From Patescibacteria group bacterium (lineage in GTDB: Bacteria > Patescibacteriota > Microgenomatia > Daviesbacterales > UBA10151), in assembly GCA_943356485.1 (NCBI GenBank), contig CALRFD010000002.1:37032-101031 (forward strand): a stretch of 64,000 bases of DNA, read 5' to 3'. A program made the translations under genes and the position numbers. The notes below the pieces were generated by a model. It was not told the DNA's origin. It did no database searches and saw nothing but the letters and a program-made list of their open reading frames with translations. Positions 50,758-60,801 of this stretch are shown here, piece after piece. The first letter of the stretch is position 1; every line of letters starts with the position of its first letter.

Positions 50758-51498
50758 ATGGATGATTTATCCCCAAACCTTCTTATTTTACACCAACAGG
50801 CAATTGATGCGGCTCTAAGTTCAAATTGGGAAGATGCTTTAAAAATAAATAAACAAATAATAAAAGTTGATCCTCAAAATGTAGATGCTCTAAACCGTCA
50901 GGCCAGAGCTTATATGGAGATAGGAAAAGGAAACTTGGCAAAAAAGTTCTACAGTGAGGTTTTAAAATACGATCCATATAACCCTATTGCTATTAAGAAT
51001 CTGAAGATAATAAAATCCTTTAAACCTAATGGTATACCTAATACCCACATACCTTCTCAAAATAGCTATTCAAGATTGTCTGCATCCTTATTTTTACAGG
51101 AACCTGGCAAAACTAAGATAGTAGCACTTCTTAAAGTTGCCGAGCCTCAAAAGCTATCCCAGGCTTTTTGCGGTATGCAGGTTATGATGGCAGTTAAAAA
51201 CAGAAAAATCACTATTGTTGATCTATCCGGCAATTATTTGGGCGTTTTACCTGATGATACCAGTCACCTTATATTAAGGCTGACAAACGGTGGAAATAAA
51301 TACGAGTTTTTTATAAAATCCATTAAGGTAAACGGCTTATCTATTTTGATTAAAGAGGTATACCGCAGTAAAAAGTTTAAAAACCAACCGTCGTTTTTGG
51401 ATAATTCTGATTCTATTATCACTTCTGAAATATTGCCTTCGCTTGATCAATCTGATGACAATGATGAAGATGGCTTAGAGGAAGAACCCGAGGTTTAA
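50758..51498 (+). CDS. TPR-repeat protein
   Basis: The N-terminal ~90 aa contain TPR-like helices (WEDALKINKQIIKVDPQNVDALNRQARAYMEIGKGNLAKKFYSEVLKYDPYN). The remainder is unknown. Confidence 0.5.
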   Translation: MDDLSPNLLILHQQAIDAALSSNWEDALKINKQIIKVDPQNVDALNRQARAYMEIGKGNLAKKFYSEVLKYDPYNPIAIKNLKIIKSFKPNGIPNTHIPSQNSYSRLSASLFLQEPGKTKIVALLKVAEPQKLSQAFCGMQVMMAVKNRKITIVDLSGNYLGVLPDDTSHLILRLTNGGNKYEFFIKSIKVNGLSILIKEVYRSKKFKNQPSFLDNSDSIITSEILPSLDQSDDNDEDGLEEEPEV

Positions 51499-52161
51499 AA
51501 CTTCTTCGACTTTTAACTTCACTTCCCTACCATTTTCTTTTATCAGGCTTCTTGTTTTATAAAACTCAAATAACTGACTTTTAGAAAAAGGTTTCGGTAG
51601 TTTTGGCAATAAGTTTTCAAAGTTTTTTTGCGTGTTTTCTGTCAATTCCTTTAATCTATCTGCATCCTGTGAGAGAAGAATGAATCTTAACTGAGCTGGT
51701 ATCAAATGCAGATCCTTACCCTTCAACTTAAGAATTATTTGAAACCAAAATTGCTCGTTTTCCAGTAATTTAGGTAGCTTCTCTTTAAAATCCTGAACGT
51801 TTTTAATCGCAACCTCCCAAATGGCAATATTATTTATATCAACATCCGTATAATCCTCAAGCTCCAATAACCCCAAATCTTCTTTGTACGGAAGAAGTAT
51901 CTTTTTAGGGCCATATATTACCCAGGCTTTTTTATCACCTTTAAAAAGTCTTTCCAGGCTTATCAAAAGATCTCTCTCTGCTGCTTTTGCAAAAATAGCT
52001 GATAAAGCATTAACCTTTAAACCATTATCACTTCTGACTAAAAATAAAGCATATTCAAAATCAGGATTTGGCTTGGTATGGAAATCCTTCATCGAATAAA
52101 AGGCTAGGAGAAAAGAAGCTAGAACAACCAGAACAAACAGGATTATTAGTATAAAAATCAT
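51475..52161 (-). CDS. Membrane-anchored hypothetical protein, co-oriented immediately downstream of the LCP gene
   Basis: N-terminal TM segment. Its start lies 2 nt from the LCP stop. Confidence 0.45.
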   Translation of the reverse strand: MIFILIILFVLVVLASFLLAFYSMKDFHTKPNPDFEYALFLVRSDNGLKVNALSAIFAKAAERDLLISLERLFKGDKKAWVIYGPKKILLPYKEDLGLLELEDYTDVDINNIAIWEVAIKNVQDFKEKLPKLLENEQFWFQIILKLKGKDLHLIPAQLRFILLSQDADRLKELTENTQKNFENLLPKLPKPFSKSQLFEFYKTRSLIKENGREVKLKVEEVLNLGFFL

Positions 52162-52162
52162 A

Positions 52163-53194
52163 TTAATTTACTAAATCAGGAGCTAATTTTATATTTATTT
52201 GACCCCTGGATGATGAAAAGTCTTCATCACTTTTTTGAATTTTATCACAGTCACTCTCTTTACAGCTTGAGTTAAAGACTTCTGACAACCTAGCCCGAGT
52301 AAGACTGGCTTCACCAACAACTAATGTTTTATCAATTTGCTTTTGGGCATTTGTTGTAAAAATAACACTTCCACCGATATTTGCAACTAATCTTGCCCAG
52401 TCTTGCGCAAACAAGGCCTTATCTGTTCCATTAAAAATTACCACCGTTTTATGCTCATTTTTGATTTTCGGATCTATAAAATCAACTAGAGCCAAATCCA
52501 ATTTATTCGGATCAGCCACAAGCACCTCAGTCCCATCTAAAAGACGATCATTTGTCAGGCTATCTTCAAGGTTAACCTCTGAAACTTTATCAAACCTGAC
52601 AGAAGATAGTCCTAATTTTAATCTTAATAATTCTATTATGGTTAGATTTGTTTTTAAATTAGATAAAAGGCTTATCGGTATCAGATTACCTCTAATTGAA
52701 GTTACTATTCCCAATGCTGTCTTTTTTTTCATCTCACCTGAAAAATCTAACACTCCATCTATGGGTTGAGCAAAAAATCTAACCAGAGTATCTCTTAATA
52801 ATTTATCTCCACCTAAATTTTTTTGATTCTCTCCCAAATCATAAAGCGAACTTAGTAACCAGCTACCAAAACCGCCTGCAGACTCTAAATATATCCTGTC
52901 TGGAATATTAATAATTGTGATTTTTTTATCTGTCGGGTTATATGAGACTAATGCCAGATTTTTCGAACGTATGAGAAAATTTATATTAAGCTTACCATCC
53001 CAGGTGTAGTTTCTCTGGATATTTGAGATCTTCCAGGAAGAAAACAAAGTCCTGGTAAACCTAAAGGCCTGCGAAAAAACTAGCACCAAAACTATGAGTC
53101 CTAAAATTAAAAAAGCCAGTTTTGTTTTTTCTTGAACTCTTTTTTTTGACTGGACAACTTTCCAGCCACTCTTTTTGGACAGTTTCGAGGGCAT
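52163..53194 (-). CDS. LytR-CpsA-Psr (LCP) family cell-wall glycopolymer transferase
   Basis: TM anchor followed by LALVSYNPTDKKITIINIPDRIYLESAGGFGSWLLSSLYDLGENQ...QPIDGVLDF, the LCP core pattern. Start chosen at the internal Met (MPSKLSKK...) because the longer ORF running to 53401 would cross the promoter and SD of the divergent gene at 53296. Confidence 0.7.
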   Translation of the reverse strand: MPSKLSKKSGWKVVQSKKRVQEKTKLAFLILGLIVLVLVFSQAFRFTRTLFSSWKISNIQRNYTWDGKLNINFLIRSKNLALVSYNPTDKKITIINIPDRIYLESAGGFGSWLLSSLYDLGENQKNLGGDKLLRDTLVRFFAQPIDGVLDFSGEMKKKTALGIVTSIRGNLIPISLLSNLKTNLTIIELLRLKLGLSSVRFDKVSEVNLEDSLTNDRLLDGTEVLVADPNKLDLALVDFIDPKIKNEHKTVVIFNGTDKALFAQDWARLVANIGGSVIFTTNAQKQIDKTLVVGEASLTRARLSEVFNSSCKESDCDKIQKSDEDFSSSRGQINIKLAPDLVN

Positions 53195-53295
53195 ATACTT
53201 ATAGTACAAAAAAGCCCTTGACCGCGCAACTAGAATAACTATACACTGTAGGCAAGATCCTCCTATGCTTAAAGCTTCGGAGGACAAAGAAGGAG

Positions 53296-53595
53296 GTGAT
53301 ATTAATAATGGACAATAATCAAAATCCAACAGATCCAGCAAATAGTGGTATGGGCGGCGGAATGCCGACAGGAGATCAGCCGATGACTCCTCCATCCTCA
53401 AACCCTATGGATCAACCTATGCCTTCTGCACCAGCAGACCAGGGACAACCAGCTCCAATGGGCAGCGGAATGCCGACTGATCCTATGGGAACACCAGCTC
53501 CAACCGCTCCTAGCGAGCCTGTAGTTGAAACACCAATGGGTGGTAGCGAGGAACCAGGTAGTGAAAACCCAACTGGGGGCGCACCTGCAATGTAG
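53296..53595 (+). CDS. Small (99 aa) low-complexity protein rich in Met, Pro and Gly
   Basis: Strong SD aaggaggtgat lies 6-8 nt upstream, with a TTGACC-N16-TATACA promoter-like element at about 53216-53243. The protein has 11 Met and many GMP/PMxxP repeats. Confidence 0.5.
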   Translation: MILIMDNNQNPTDPANSGMGGGMPTGDQPMTPPSSNPMDQPMPSAPADQGQPAPMGSGMPTDPMGTPAPTAPSEPVVETPMGGSEEPGSENPTGGAPAM

Positions 53596-53630
53596 TATAA
53601 ATTCTTTGCAAAGAATTTGAAAAATTTTAA

Positions 53631-53652
53631 GGGAGTTCAGAAATGGACTCCC
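53631..53652. terminator. Candidate bidirectional terminator hairpin between the convergent small ORF and tgt
   Basis: GGGAGTtcagaaatggACTCCC (6-bp stem) with T/A-rich flanks on both sides. A second hairpin, aattctttgcaaagaatt, lies just upstream of it. Confidence 0.4.
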
Positions 53653-53663
53653 TTAATTTAGAA

Positions 53664-54860
53664 CTAAAGCCAGGAAGATTTTAATTTGTTAAATTGATTG
53701 ACCTTTATCGCTTCCCTTATTTGCCTCATTAAATTTTCAATAAAATAAAGATTATGAATAGTAGCTAAATTGTGATACAAGATTTCTTTGGATAAATAGA
53801 GGTGACGTAAATAGGCTTTAGAAAAATTAAGACAGGTATAACAACTACACCGGCGATCAACAGGGGTTTTATCTCCTCTAAATTTAGACAAGGTTATACT
53901 TAAGGTAAAACCGTTTTTACTCCTTCCTCCGCTTTTTGGACAGATGTATAAAGAGCCGTTTCTGGCACGTCTGGTTGGCGCCACACAATCAAATAAATCT
54001 ATTCCCCTTTCTACTCCATTAAATAAATCTTCTATCTCCCCAATACCAAGCAGATGCCGGGGCTTTTCATCGGAAACTTGCGCTAACACGTAATCAATCA
54101 TTTCATACATCTCAGTCTTTGTTCCATATATTCCACCCAGAGCGATTGCTTCAAAGTGTTTATCAGTAAATTGAGCAGATCTAACCCTTAATTCTTTATT
54201 TGTACCTCCATGAACTACTCCATACATCAGTTGCTGACCCTGTCTGCCGGCAGACAGGCTCTTCAACTTCTTCAGGCTATCTACACTTCTCAGTGCCCAT
54301 CTTTGCGTTTGCTCTATCGATAATTTAAGATGTTCATAGTCGTTTTTATACTCATGATCATCAAACGCTACAATCAGATCAGCTCCTAAATCATACTGCA
54401 GCTTCATAGCTATTTCCGGACTTAAGGTGTATTTGCTACCATCTAAATGCGACTGGAAAATAACTCCCTCATCTGTAATTTGATTAAGTCTTGGCCTTGG
54501 AAAGTCCTGGGTAATCTTTTTACCGCTTACCACTTTGGAGGAACCTGCCTCTAATGCACCTCCTAAAGAAAAAACCTGAAACCCACCTGAGTCTGTCATA
54601 ATCGGCCGATCCCAGTTCATGAATTTATGTAATCCGCCCAGTTTTTTAATAACTTCTACTCCTGGTCTAAGCATTAGATGATAAGTATTGGAAAGAATCA
54701 TCTCTACCCCAATCTCTTTTAGATCTTTTGGTAAAATAGCTTTGACACTAGCCTGAGTTCCTACGGGATTAAACCTGGGAGTCTCCACTATCCCATGAGA
54801 AGTTTCTAATCTCCCTACTCTGGCCTTGCCCTCTTTATGTAGGACTTTGAATTTCTTCAT
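53664..54860 (-). CDS. tgt: Queuine tRNA-ribosyltransferase
   Basis: MKKFKVLHKEGKARVGRLETSHGIVETPRF N-terminus, the catalytic TDSGGFQV region, and the Zn site CSCYTCLNFSKAYLRHL. Confidence 0.9.
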   Translation of the reverse strand: MKKFKVLHKEGKARVGRLETSHGIVETPRFNPVGTQASVKAILPKDLKEIGVEMILSNTYHLMLRPGVEVIKKLGGLHKFMNWDRPIMTDSGGFQVFSLGGALEAGSSKVVSGKKITQDFPRPRLNQITDEGVIFQSHLDGSKYTLSPEIAMKLQYDLGADLIVAFDDHEYKNDYEHLKLSIEQTQRWALRSVDSLKKLKSLSAGRQGQQLMYGVVHGGTNKELRVRSAQFTDKHFEAIALGGIYGTKTEMYEMIDYVLAQVSDEKPRHLLGIGEIEDLFNGVERGIDLFDCVAPTRRARNGSLYICPKSGGRSKNGFTLSITLSKFRGDKTPVDRRCSCYTCLNFSKAYLRHLYLSKEILYHNLATIHNLYFIENLMRQIREAIKVNQFNKLKSSWL

Positions 54861-54948
54861 AAGTGCTTAGTATATAAAAATCCTATCCTAGAAGCAAAAT
54901 ACCTATGAATAGAAAGATCATACTTAGCAATTTATCCCCAGGTGTCAA

Positions 54949-54968
54949 CCTGCCTGCCGGCAGGCAGG
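54949..54968. repeat. Second copy of the 20-bp GC-rich perfect palindrome CCTGCCTGCCGGCAGGCAGG, flanked by CCCCAGGTG direct repeats
   Basis: The same 20-mer occurs at 32598-32617. In this copy CCCCAGGTG appears at 54936-54944 and again at 54981-54989. Confidence 0.85.
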
Positions 54969-55004
54969 GCGCAGTACACCCCCCAGGTGGGATTTGGTGG
55001 GATT

Positions 55005-55877
55005 TTAGTTTATCAGCGGAGTAAATGATTTACCTTGATTATCAGAAACTTCTATACTGAGCGGCAAATAATGAGAAAAGAAAGGAGCTACCCTTAGTGA
55101 ACCTCCCCCACTAACTCTATAGAGTAACGGGTGCTCGATCGGCCATCTGATAATTTGTCCTGTGTATCCCTGATCAGTTTTTTGGGCATAAAACTTCACC
55201 TGTGAAGTATCACTTTCATACATTTTTTCATTTTCGAAATTAGCAGAGGGGTCAAGATGAGAGTAACAAATTGTTCCTTCTGATTGTAGATTAGACCAGT
55301 CTCCTCTGGTAATAGCCCGGTAAAGATACTGATCTTGACCAAGCCCTGTAGCAGTATTTCCTCTAGCTAACTCTTCAACAACTTTTTCATCTTTTAGAAT
55401 ATGTACAAAGAAGCCATTTAATAGTTCTTTTCTTCTGTGCGTAAGATCAAACCCTGTATAATGCCCACCAAATACATCCACCCCTTCTATCTCTGTTTTT
55501 ATATCAAAATCAACTGGACTTATCCCATTATAACCTGTCCTAGAACGAGTATACTTCCCATTATTTATAATTGATATTACCATTCCACTATTATCAGCTT
55601 CTAATGAAGGACTCTCCGGAATATCTACGGTTAAATTGGGTATGGTGAAAGCAACACCTGCAAAAACCTCAGGAAGATTAATATAGATTCGGACAGGAAT
55701 TAATTGGGAGGTTAGTTTAACCCGCTCCTTTGCTATCATTTCCATTAATTCATCAACCTGACTTGGGCTTCCTGCAAAATCCGGGCTTGCCCCAATTTGT
55801 CTGGTTAATCTTTCTGCTTCACTTAGCGAATCAAGTCGGGAGAAAATATCTGGTATTTCTGCAGAATTGGGCATCAT
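55005..55877 (-). CDS. Hypothetical protein, 290 aa
   Basis: ORF only. No recognisable motif. Confidence 0.45.
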   Translation of the reverse strand: MMPNSAEIPDIFSRLDSLSEAERLTRQIGASPDFAGSPSQVDELMEMIAKERVKLTSQLIPVRIYINLPEVFAGVAFTIPNLTVDIPESPSLEADNSGMVISIINNGKYTRSRTGYNGISPVDFDIKTEIEGVDVFGGHYTGFDLTHRRKELLNGFFVHILKDEKVVEELARGNTATGLGQDQYLYRAITRGDWSNLQSEGTICYSHLDPSANFENEKMYESDTSQVKFYAQKTDQGYTGQIIRWPIEHPLLYRVSGGGSLRVAPFFSHYLPLSIEVSDNQGKSFTPLIN

Positions 55878-55942
55878 ATTTGATCATAATATCAAAATTT
55901 AGCTCTTTTGTCAAACTATAGGATTATATTGCTCACGAAATA

Positions 55943-56269
55943 TTATTTTGACTTTTTTATTCTTAATTGATGAGCTACCGCAGGAATTGATTCAATATTC
56001 TTCAATCTAACATCATGTTCGTAATTCTTATCAGCTAGCTGATCTATCTTTCTTTCCAGCCTATCAATATCTGATTTGTCTGCCTTTTCGTCTATTGCAG
56101 GAAGTATTTCATCAGTTACAAACGTACCTATTTCAACTAAGATTCTTTTTTCACTAGCAGAAATTTCACCTTTAACCAACTCCTTAACCACTTTTATAAC
56201 TCTCTGTTCTGAGGCTATATTACTCTCATCAATTAATTTACCAACTCTTTTTAAATCTTCATCGTTCAT
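55943..56269 (-). CDS. Small coiled-coil hypothetical protein, 108 aa
   Basis: Charged, helical ORF. Confidence 0.4.
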   Translation of the reverse strand: MNDEDLKRVGKLIDESNIASEQRVIKVVKELVKGEISASEKRILVEIGTFVTDEILPAIDEKADKSDIDRLERKIDQLADKNYEHDVRLKNIESIPAVAHQLRIKKSK

Positions 56270-56364
56270 AATTAAATTATGAGTATTTATTAAACAAATT
56301 ACAAGATATCTCTTTCTTCACTATGGGTTTACTTTTATTGTAAATTAGTATATACTTCACAATC

Positions 56365-56943
56365 ATGGGAAAAGAACAACTGTCTGCTAGTGAAATTACA
56401 AAATTAGAGCTTGATTCCAAGCAACGCAGAATAATGGGTAAAAAGATAGATACTTTTGCTATGGGAATAAACACAAATTTATACAATGGATTGTTTGGCT
56501 ATATGATATTATCCTCCCCCAGTATTTTTGAGGGGGTCTTTTATGGTATTGCCTATTTAGGCTTAGTCTACCCACAAATCATGCAGGTAGTTAAGCCTTC
56601 TGATTACCGAGCAAAAGCGCTGGCAAAAATAGCAGACACAACGTCTAAGCATCCTGAGGAAGATCTAGGAATTTCAGCTCAGGAATATAAAAGATTAGAC
56701 ATCAGAGGATCTCAAAGGTTTTTTTCTGAAACAAACAAAACAAGAATTGTTAGTGTTTTATCCGGATTAGCTGCATATGACTTTATAGAAGCCGCTACAC
56801 AAGGTAACCACATTAGTCTTGCGCTAAGTTTAGCCCTTTTTAGTTTATTAGCCTGGCAGAATTTATCTATAGGGATTAAATCAGATAGAAGAAGAGAGGC
56901 ATTAAGGACTGCTTTTAAACTAAGCGATCAAGCGCATAACTAA
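56365..56943 (+). CDS. Hypothetical membrane protein, 192 aa
   Basis: Two to four hydrophobic helices. Confidence 0.45.
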   Translation: MGKEQLSASEITKLELDSKQRRIMGKKIDTFAMGINTNLYNGLFGYMILSSPSIFEGVFYGIAYLGLVYPQIMQVVKPSDYRAKALAKIADTTSKHPEEDLGISAQEYKRLDIRGSQRFFSETNKTRIVSVLSGLAAYDFIEAATQGNHISLALSLALFSLLAWQNLSIGIKSDRRREALRTAFKLSDQAHN

Positions 56944-56951
56944 ACTAACTA

Positions 56952-57863
56952 CTAATTTAACCCTCTGGAGAGAAGATCTTCTATCATCTTGTTATGATCA
57001 AAGGCTAACCTTGGTAATTTACCGGGGTTCATAAGATGAACTTGTTTTGCATCATCGCCGGCCTTTAAATCGCCGTGATCTATTTTGGCGTAATAACATG
57101 CCGAAATAGTCGAACCTCTGGGATCTCTTTGAGGAGCGGAATAGACACCTAAAAGATGTAGTTTTTGCGGATTAATCTCTAAGCCAGTTTCTTCCTTTGC
57201 CTCTCTGGCTGCTGCTTGCTCTAAAGTCTCAAACCCTACATTTAAATATCCACCGGGCAAGGCCAGGAAGTTAGCAAACGGTTCATTTCCCCTTGTAATC
57301 AAAACAATACCCATATCTTGATATTGAATTATTAAATCAGCGGTGTTATTTGCCCGGGGATGTTTTAAATATTCGAATCTTAAGCGTTCACTGCCGCGGA
57401 CTTGCTCTAAAATTTGCAAAGTTGTGGGCGGAACAAACTCCTGCCAATTCTCACCTCTAATCATACGTTGACGGATTAATGTGGCAGATATTGGCTGGGT
57501 CGTTTCTGGAGCAATCACATTATATCCGCTTTGTTCAAACATCTTTTTAACAATCGGGTTACCTGAATATACTAAATTAAATTTTGGGCATAAGACTTCA
57601 ACGTATTGTACCCAGCTTGGATCATGAATGTCAGGAATAGGAATAATATGTGTTGGTTTCATTCCAACTGTAGCCTGCATAAGCATCAATTTTCTGGTCT
57701 CGTAATCAAAAGGATTATCCAAAAATTTAAAATTACCATATTGCGATGAACCCACCCCAATCACGATCTCATCTACATCAGGATTTCGATTAATTTGCTC
57801 AATTACCGACTGGTGTCCGTTATGATGTGGTTGAAATCTGCCGACGTAAAGTGCTCGTTCCAT
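56952..57863 (-). CDS. nadM: Bifunctional NMN adenylyltransferase (archaeal-type) / Nudix ADP-ribose pyrophosphatase, NadM-Nudix
   Basis: N-terminal ALYVGRFQPHHNGH is the archaeal NMNAT GRFQPFHKGH motif. The C-terminus carries the Nudix box REAKEETGLE. Start taken at the internal Met (MERALY...) so that the gene abuts the nadE stop. Confidence 0.8.
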   Translation of the reverse strand: MERALYVGRFQPHHNGHQSVIEQINRNPDVDEIVIGVGSSQYGNFKFLDNPFDYETRKLMLMQATVGMKPTHIIPIPDIHDPSWVQYVEVLCPKFNLVYSGNPIVKKMFEQSGYNVIAPETTQPISATLIRQRMIRGENWQEFVPPTTLQILEQVRGSERLRFEYLKHPRANNTADLIIQYQDMGIVLITRGNEPFANFLALPGGYLNVGFETLEQAAAREAKEETGLEINPQKLHLLGVYSAPQRDPRGSTISACYYAKIDHGDLKAGDDAKQVHLMNPGKLPRLAFDHNKMIEDLLSRGLN

Positions 57864-57864
57864 T

Positions 57865-59511
57865 TTACCAACCTCCCCATTTATGCGCAATTGGATGTCT
57901 CCAAGCATGTCCAAGTGTATGCGCGGTCACTTTAATAGCAGGAGCTGCTTGCCTGCGTTTATATTCACTAGACTTGATACGCACAAGGGCTTGCGAAGCT
58001 AGATTTTGCGGATATCTAGAAGACAGGATACTTAGATCATCACCTGTAATAATATCTTCTGTTAAGGGCGAGAGCGTATCATAATCTGTTCCAAATGCAG
58101 CCTCATCTGTTTGGTCAGGCCTAAGCTCTGCTGAAGGTGGTTTAGTAATTGAATTAGCCGGAATTACAGGATAATTTCCTCTGGTGTTCCTAAAACGAGC
58201 TAATTCATATACTAATTGTTTAGGTAGGTCTCCTATTACAGCCAGCCCTCCAGCCATATCTCCATATAAAGTCATATAACCATTTGCGATCTCAGTTTTA
58301 TTTCCGGTGGTTAAAACCAGTCCTCCAAATTTATTTGACATCGCCATTAAAATATTTCCCCTAATCCTGGCTTGAATATTTTCCTCAGCAACATTAGATT
58401 CTCTACCTGAAAATTTTTCGGCTAATGTTTCGCTATAGCTCTCGGCAATTTTTTCGATAGTAATTTCATCGAAGTGGCATCTTAAATTGTTAGCTAAAGC
58501 CTTTGCGTCATCTTTACTCCCCTGACTGGAATACTTTGACGGCATGCTAATCCCAAAAACATTTTCACTGCCAAGTGCGTCAACAGCTATAGCCGCCACA
58601 AGAGCCGAATCTATGCCTCCCGATAATCCAATATGTGCAATTTTATTACCAGTCCTTCTAAAATATTCTTTTACTCCAAAAACCAAACAATCGTAAATTT
58701 CCTGGTTTGGATTAAACAGAGGTGGCTCAATACCTTGCAAGTCTGCATCCAGATCTACAGTCAAAAATTGCTCTTCAAACGGTTTTGCAAGTGCTATTAG
58801 TCTGCCAGATCTATCAAAAGCCATACTTTGACCATCAAACACTATCTCTCCGTCATAACCATCCTGACCACCAACTAAATTTGCGTAAATAAATGGTATA
58901 CGAGTATCATGGGAAGTTTTTCTAAGTAAAGCTGCTCTAACCTGCCTTTTGCCGTAATAGAAGGGGGATGCAGAAAGATTGATAATTGCTTCAGCTCCTA
59001 AATTGGCTAATTCTTGTGAAACATTTATTTGATAGCCATCAGACCAAACATCCTCACAAATTTCAACACCAAGCTTCCTGCCTCTAAAATCAACTAAATG
59101 TCTCTTCGCACTTTCTGCAAAAAATCTTTTTTCATCAAAGACATCATAATTTGGAAGTAATGTTTTATGCACTAAATCTTTAATTTCCCCATCATCAATT
59201 AAGGCAACGCTATTATATTTTAAGGGTGAACCATCCGGCATTTGTATAGACTCATCAAAATCTACAAATCCAACCAGTGCGCCGATACCTCGAACTTGAC
59301 TTGCTAGCTTTTGTAGTTGATTGAGCTGGTCTTTCAAGAAAGCAGGTCTTAAGAATAAATCCATACAGCCATACCCTGGAAGTGCTAATTCTGGAAATAC
59401 AACCAAATCAGAACCTTTTGATTTTGCAATATCTAATCCATTTAAAATCTTGCAGGCGTTATCTTCTAAACAGGCTGGGTCAGTAGTGATTTGTGCAATT
59501 TCGACTTTCAT
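57865..59511 (-). CDS. nadE: Glutamine-dependent NAD+ synthetase (nitrilase domain plus NAD synthase domain)
   Basis: CN-hydrolase segments (VVFPELALPGY, EICED) and the PP-loop GLSGGIDSALVAAIA. Confidence 0.9.
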   Translation of the reverse strand: MKVEIAQITTDPACLEDNACKILNGLDIAKSKGSDLVVFPELALPGYGCMDLFLRPAFLKDQLNQLQKLASQVRGIGALVGFVDFDESIQMPDGSPLKYNSVALIDDGEIKDLVHKTLLPNYDVFDEKRFFAESAKRHLVDFRGRKLGVEICEDVWSDGYQINVSQELANLGAEAIINLSASPFYYGKRQVRAALLRKTSHDTRIPFIYANLVGGQDGYDGEIVFDGQSMAFDRSGRLIALAKPFEEQFLTVDLDADLQGIEPPLFNPNQEIYDCLVFGVKEYFRRTGNKIAHIGLSGGIDSALVAAIAVDALGSENVFGISMPSKYSSQGSKDDAKALANNLRCHFDEITIEKIAESYSETLAEKFSGRESNVAEENIQARIRGNILMAMSNKFGGLVLTTGNKTEIANGYMTLYGDMAGGLAVIGDLPKQLVYELARFRNTRGNYPVIPANSITKPPSAELRPDQTDEAAFGTDYDTLSPLTEDIITGDDLSILSSRYPQNLASQALVRIKSSEYKRRQAAPAIKVTAHTLGHAWRHPIAHKWGGW

Positions 59512-60740
59512 ATATATTCTGTTGCCCTGCTGTCTGCATACCTCCTTGCTGCTATGACTGCAGTTGGATCTCCTGAAGCTTTTCCTGGTTCGTCTGAAAG
59601 TTTTGCCACACCGACTTCCCTACCATTTATGAATATCGAATGCAGCTTAACTACGATGTTTAAAGGGATTACTCCGACATCATTCGTCAAATGAGTTCCA
59701 ATACCAAACGACGGATCTATTTTAGGTCCAAAATTTTCTTGAAGCTGCAGCGCCCGGTCAGTATTTAAATTATCACTAAAAACAATCTCCTTAGTTTTAG
59801 GCTCAAATCCCCACCTATTTATACCAGCCACCAACCTTTCCCCTTCTATAAATGGATTTCCTGAATCCTGCCTATACCTTCTATATTTATCGGCAAGTTG
59901 CGGGGTAATATCTGTAAGAAAAGCAGCCGTTGTGTAAGTATCAGTTAAGGCTGTCATGAGCTTGGGGAAGTGTTCATAATGCTTAGCCCATACTTCTAGG
60001 GCTTGCCTGTTCGCATTTTCTATTCCAAACATTCCGGCATGTGCCATTACCCACTCGTGGGCAAAAGTTCCACTTGGATTAAGACCAAATTCCATGGCTA
60101 AGGCCACATTACTGGTACCAAGAAGCACCCCACCCTCATCTCTACCAAATACTCCGGCTGACTGTATTAATGCCTCCAGAACATTTCTATGAACTTTTGT
60201 TGAATAGGCTCTTCTGGTACCAAATTCAAGAAGTTTTGCGCCAGATTCTTTGAATCTTCTTCCTTTTTCTTTTGCCCTAAGTATATAATCTGCATCTGGT
60301 TGCTGACCCGTTTCTTCGTAGTACAGTTCACAAATCAGTTCCATTAAATGCGTTTCCCAAAAAATACTGCTTTTCCAAGGCCCTTCTACATTTATACTTA
60401 AATCCCCTTCTTCTTGGTTAATTTCTACTTCTTTTGGGTTTAATCTGAAATCTTTTAGCCAATCAATATACTCAGGTGATAAATAAGGACAGGTTTTTCT
60501 TAGATAGGGTTCTTCTCGATCGGTTAATCTTAGATTTCCCATTAGATCCACTTGATTCCGAAGTTTTTCACCAAAACCCTTCGGAAATAAGGTTTTACCG
60601 CGATTAATAAATTCATATTTTGCGCCCACCTCAGGGTATTCTTGAAACACCAAGTTTCCCATAGTCAGTTTATAAAGATCCAACCACAAAAGTGATGGAA
60701 TCTTTGGCTGTTCATTTATTCCGATGCTTTCTACTCTCAT
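59508..60740 (-). CDS. pncB: Nicotinate phosphoribosyltransferase
   Basis: LWLDLYKLTMGN matches the NAPRTase D.YK.TM motif. 410 aa. 4-nt overlap with nadE. Confidence 0.8.
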   Translation of the reverse strand: MRVESIGINEQPKIPSLLWLDLYKLTMGNLVFQEYPEVGAKYEFINRGKTLFPKGFGEKLRNQVDLMGNLRLTDREEPYLRKTCPYLSPEYIDWLKDFRLNPKEVEINQEEGDLSINVEGPWKSSIFWETHLMELICELYYEETGQQPDADYILRAKEKGRRFKESGAKLLEFGTRRAYSTKVHRNVLEALIQSAGVFGRDEGGVLLGTSNVALAMEFGLNPSGTFAHEWVMAHAGMFGIENANRQALEVWAKHYEHFPKLMTALTDTYTTAAFLTDITPQLADKYRRYRQDSGNPFIEGERLVAGINRWGFEPKTKEIVFSDNLNTDRALQLQENFGPKIDPSFGIGTHLTNDVGVIPLNIVVKLHSIFINGREVGVAKLSDEPGKASGDPTAVIAARRYADSRATEYI

Positions 60741-60801
60741 TTATTCTTCCTTTCTTTTTTAGTTTTTGGGGAGTTATTCAAGGCTACTCCCCTAAGCCTT
60801 T

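Noticed and set aside
52163-53401. Longer 412-aa version of the LCP protein
   Set aside because: The upstream 69 codons would run antisense through the SD and promoter of the divergent small ORF and precede the obvious basic-plus-TM signal anchor. The internal Met at 53194 is the more plausible start.
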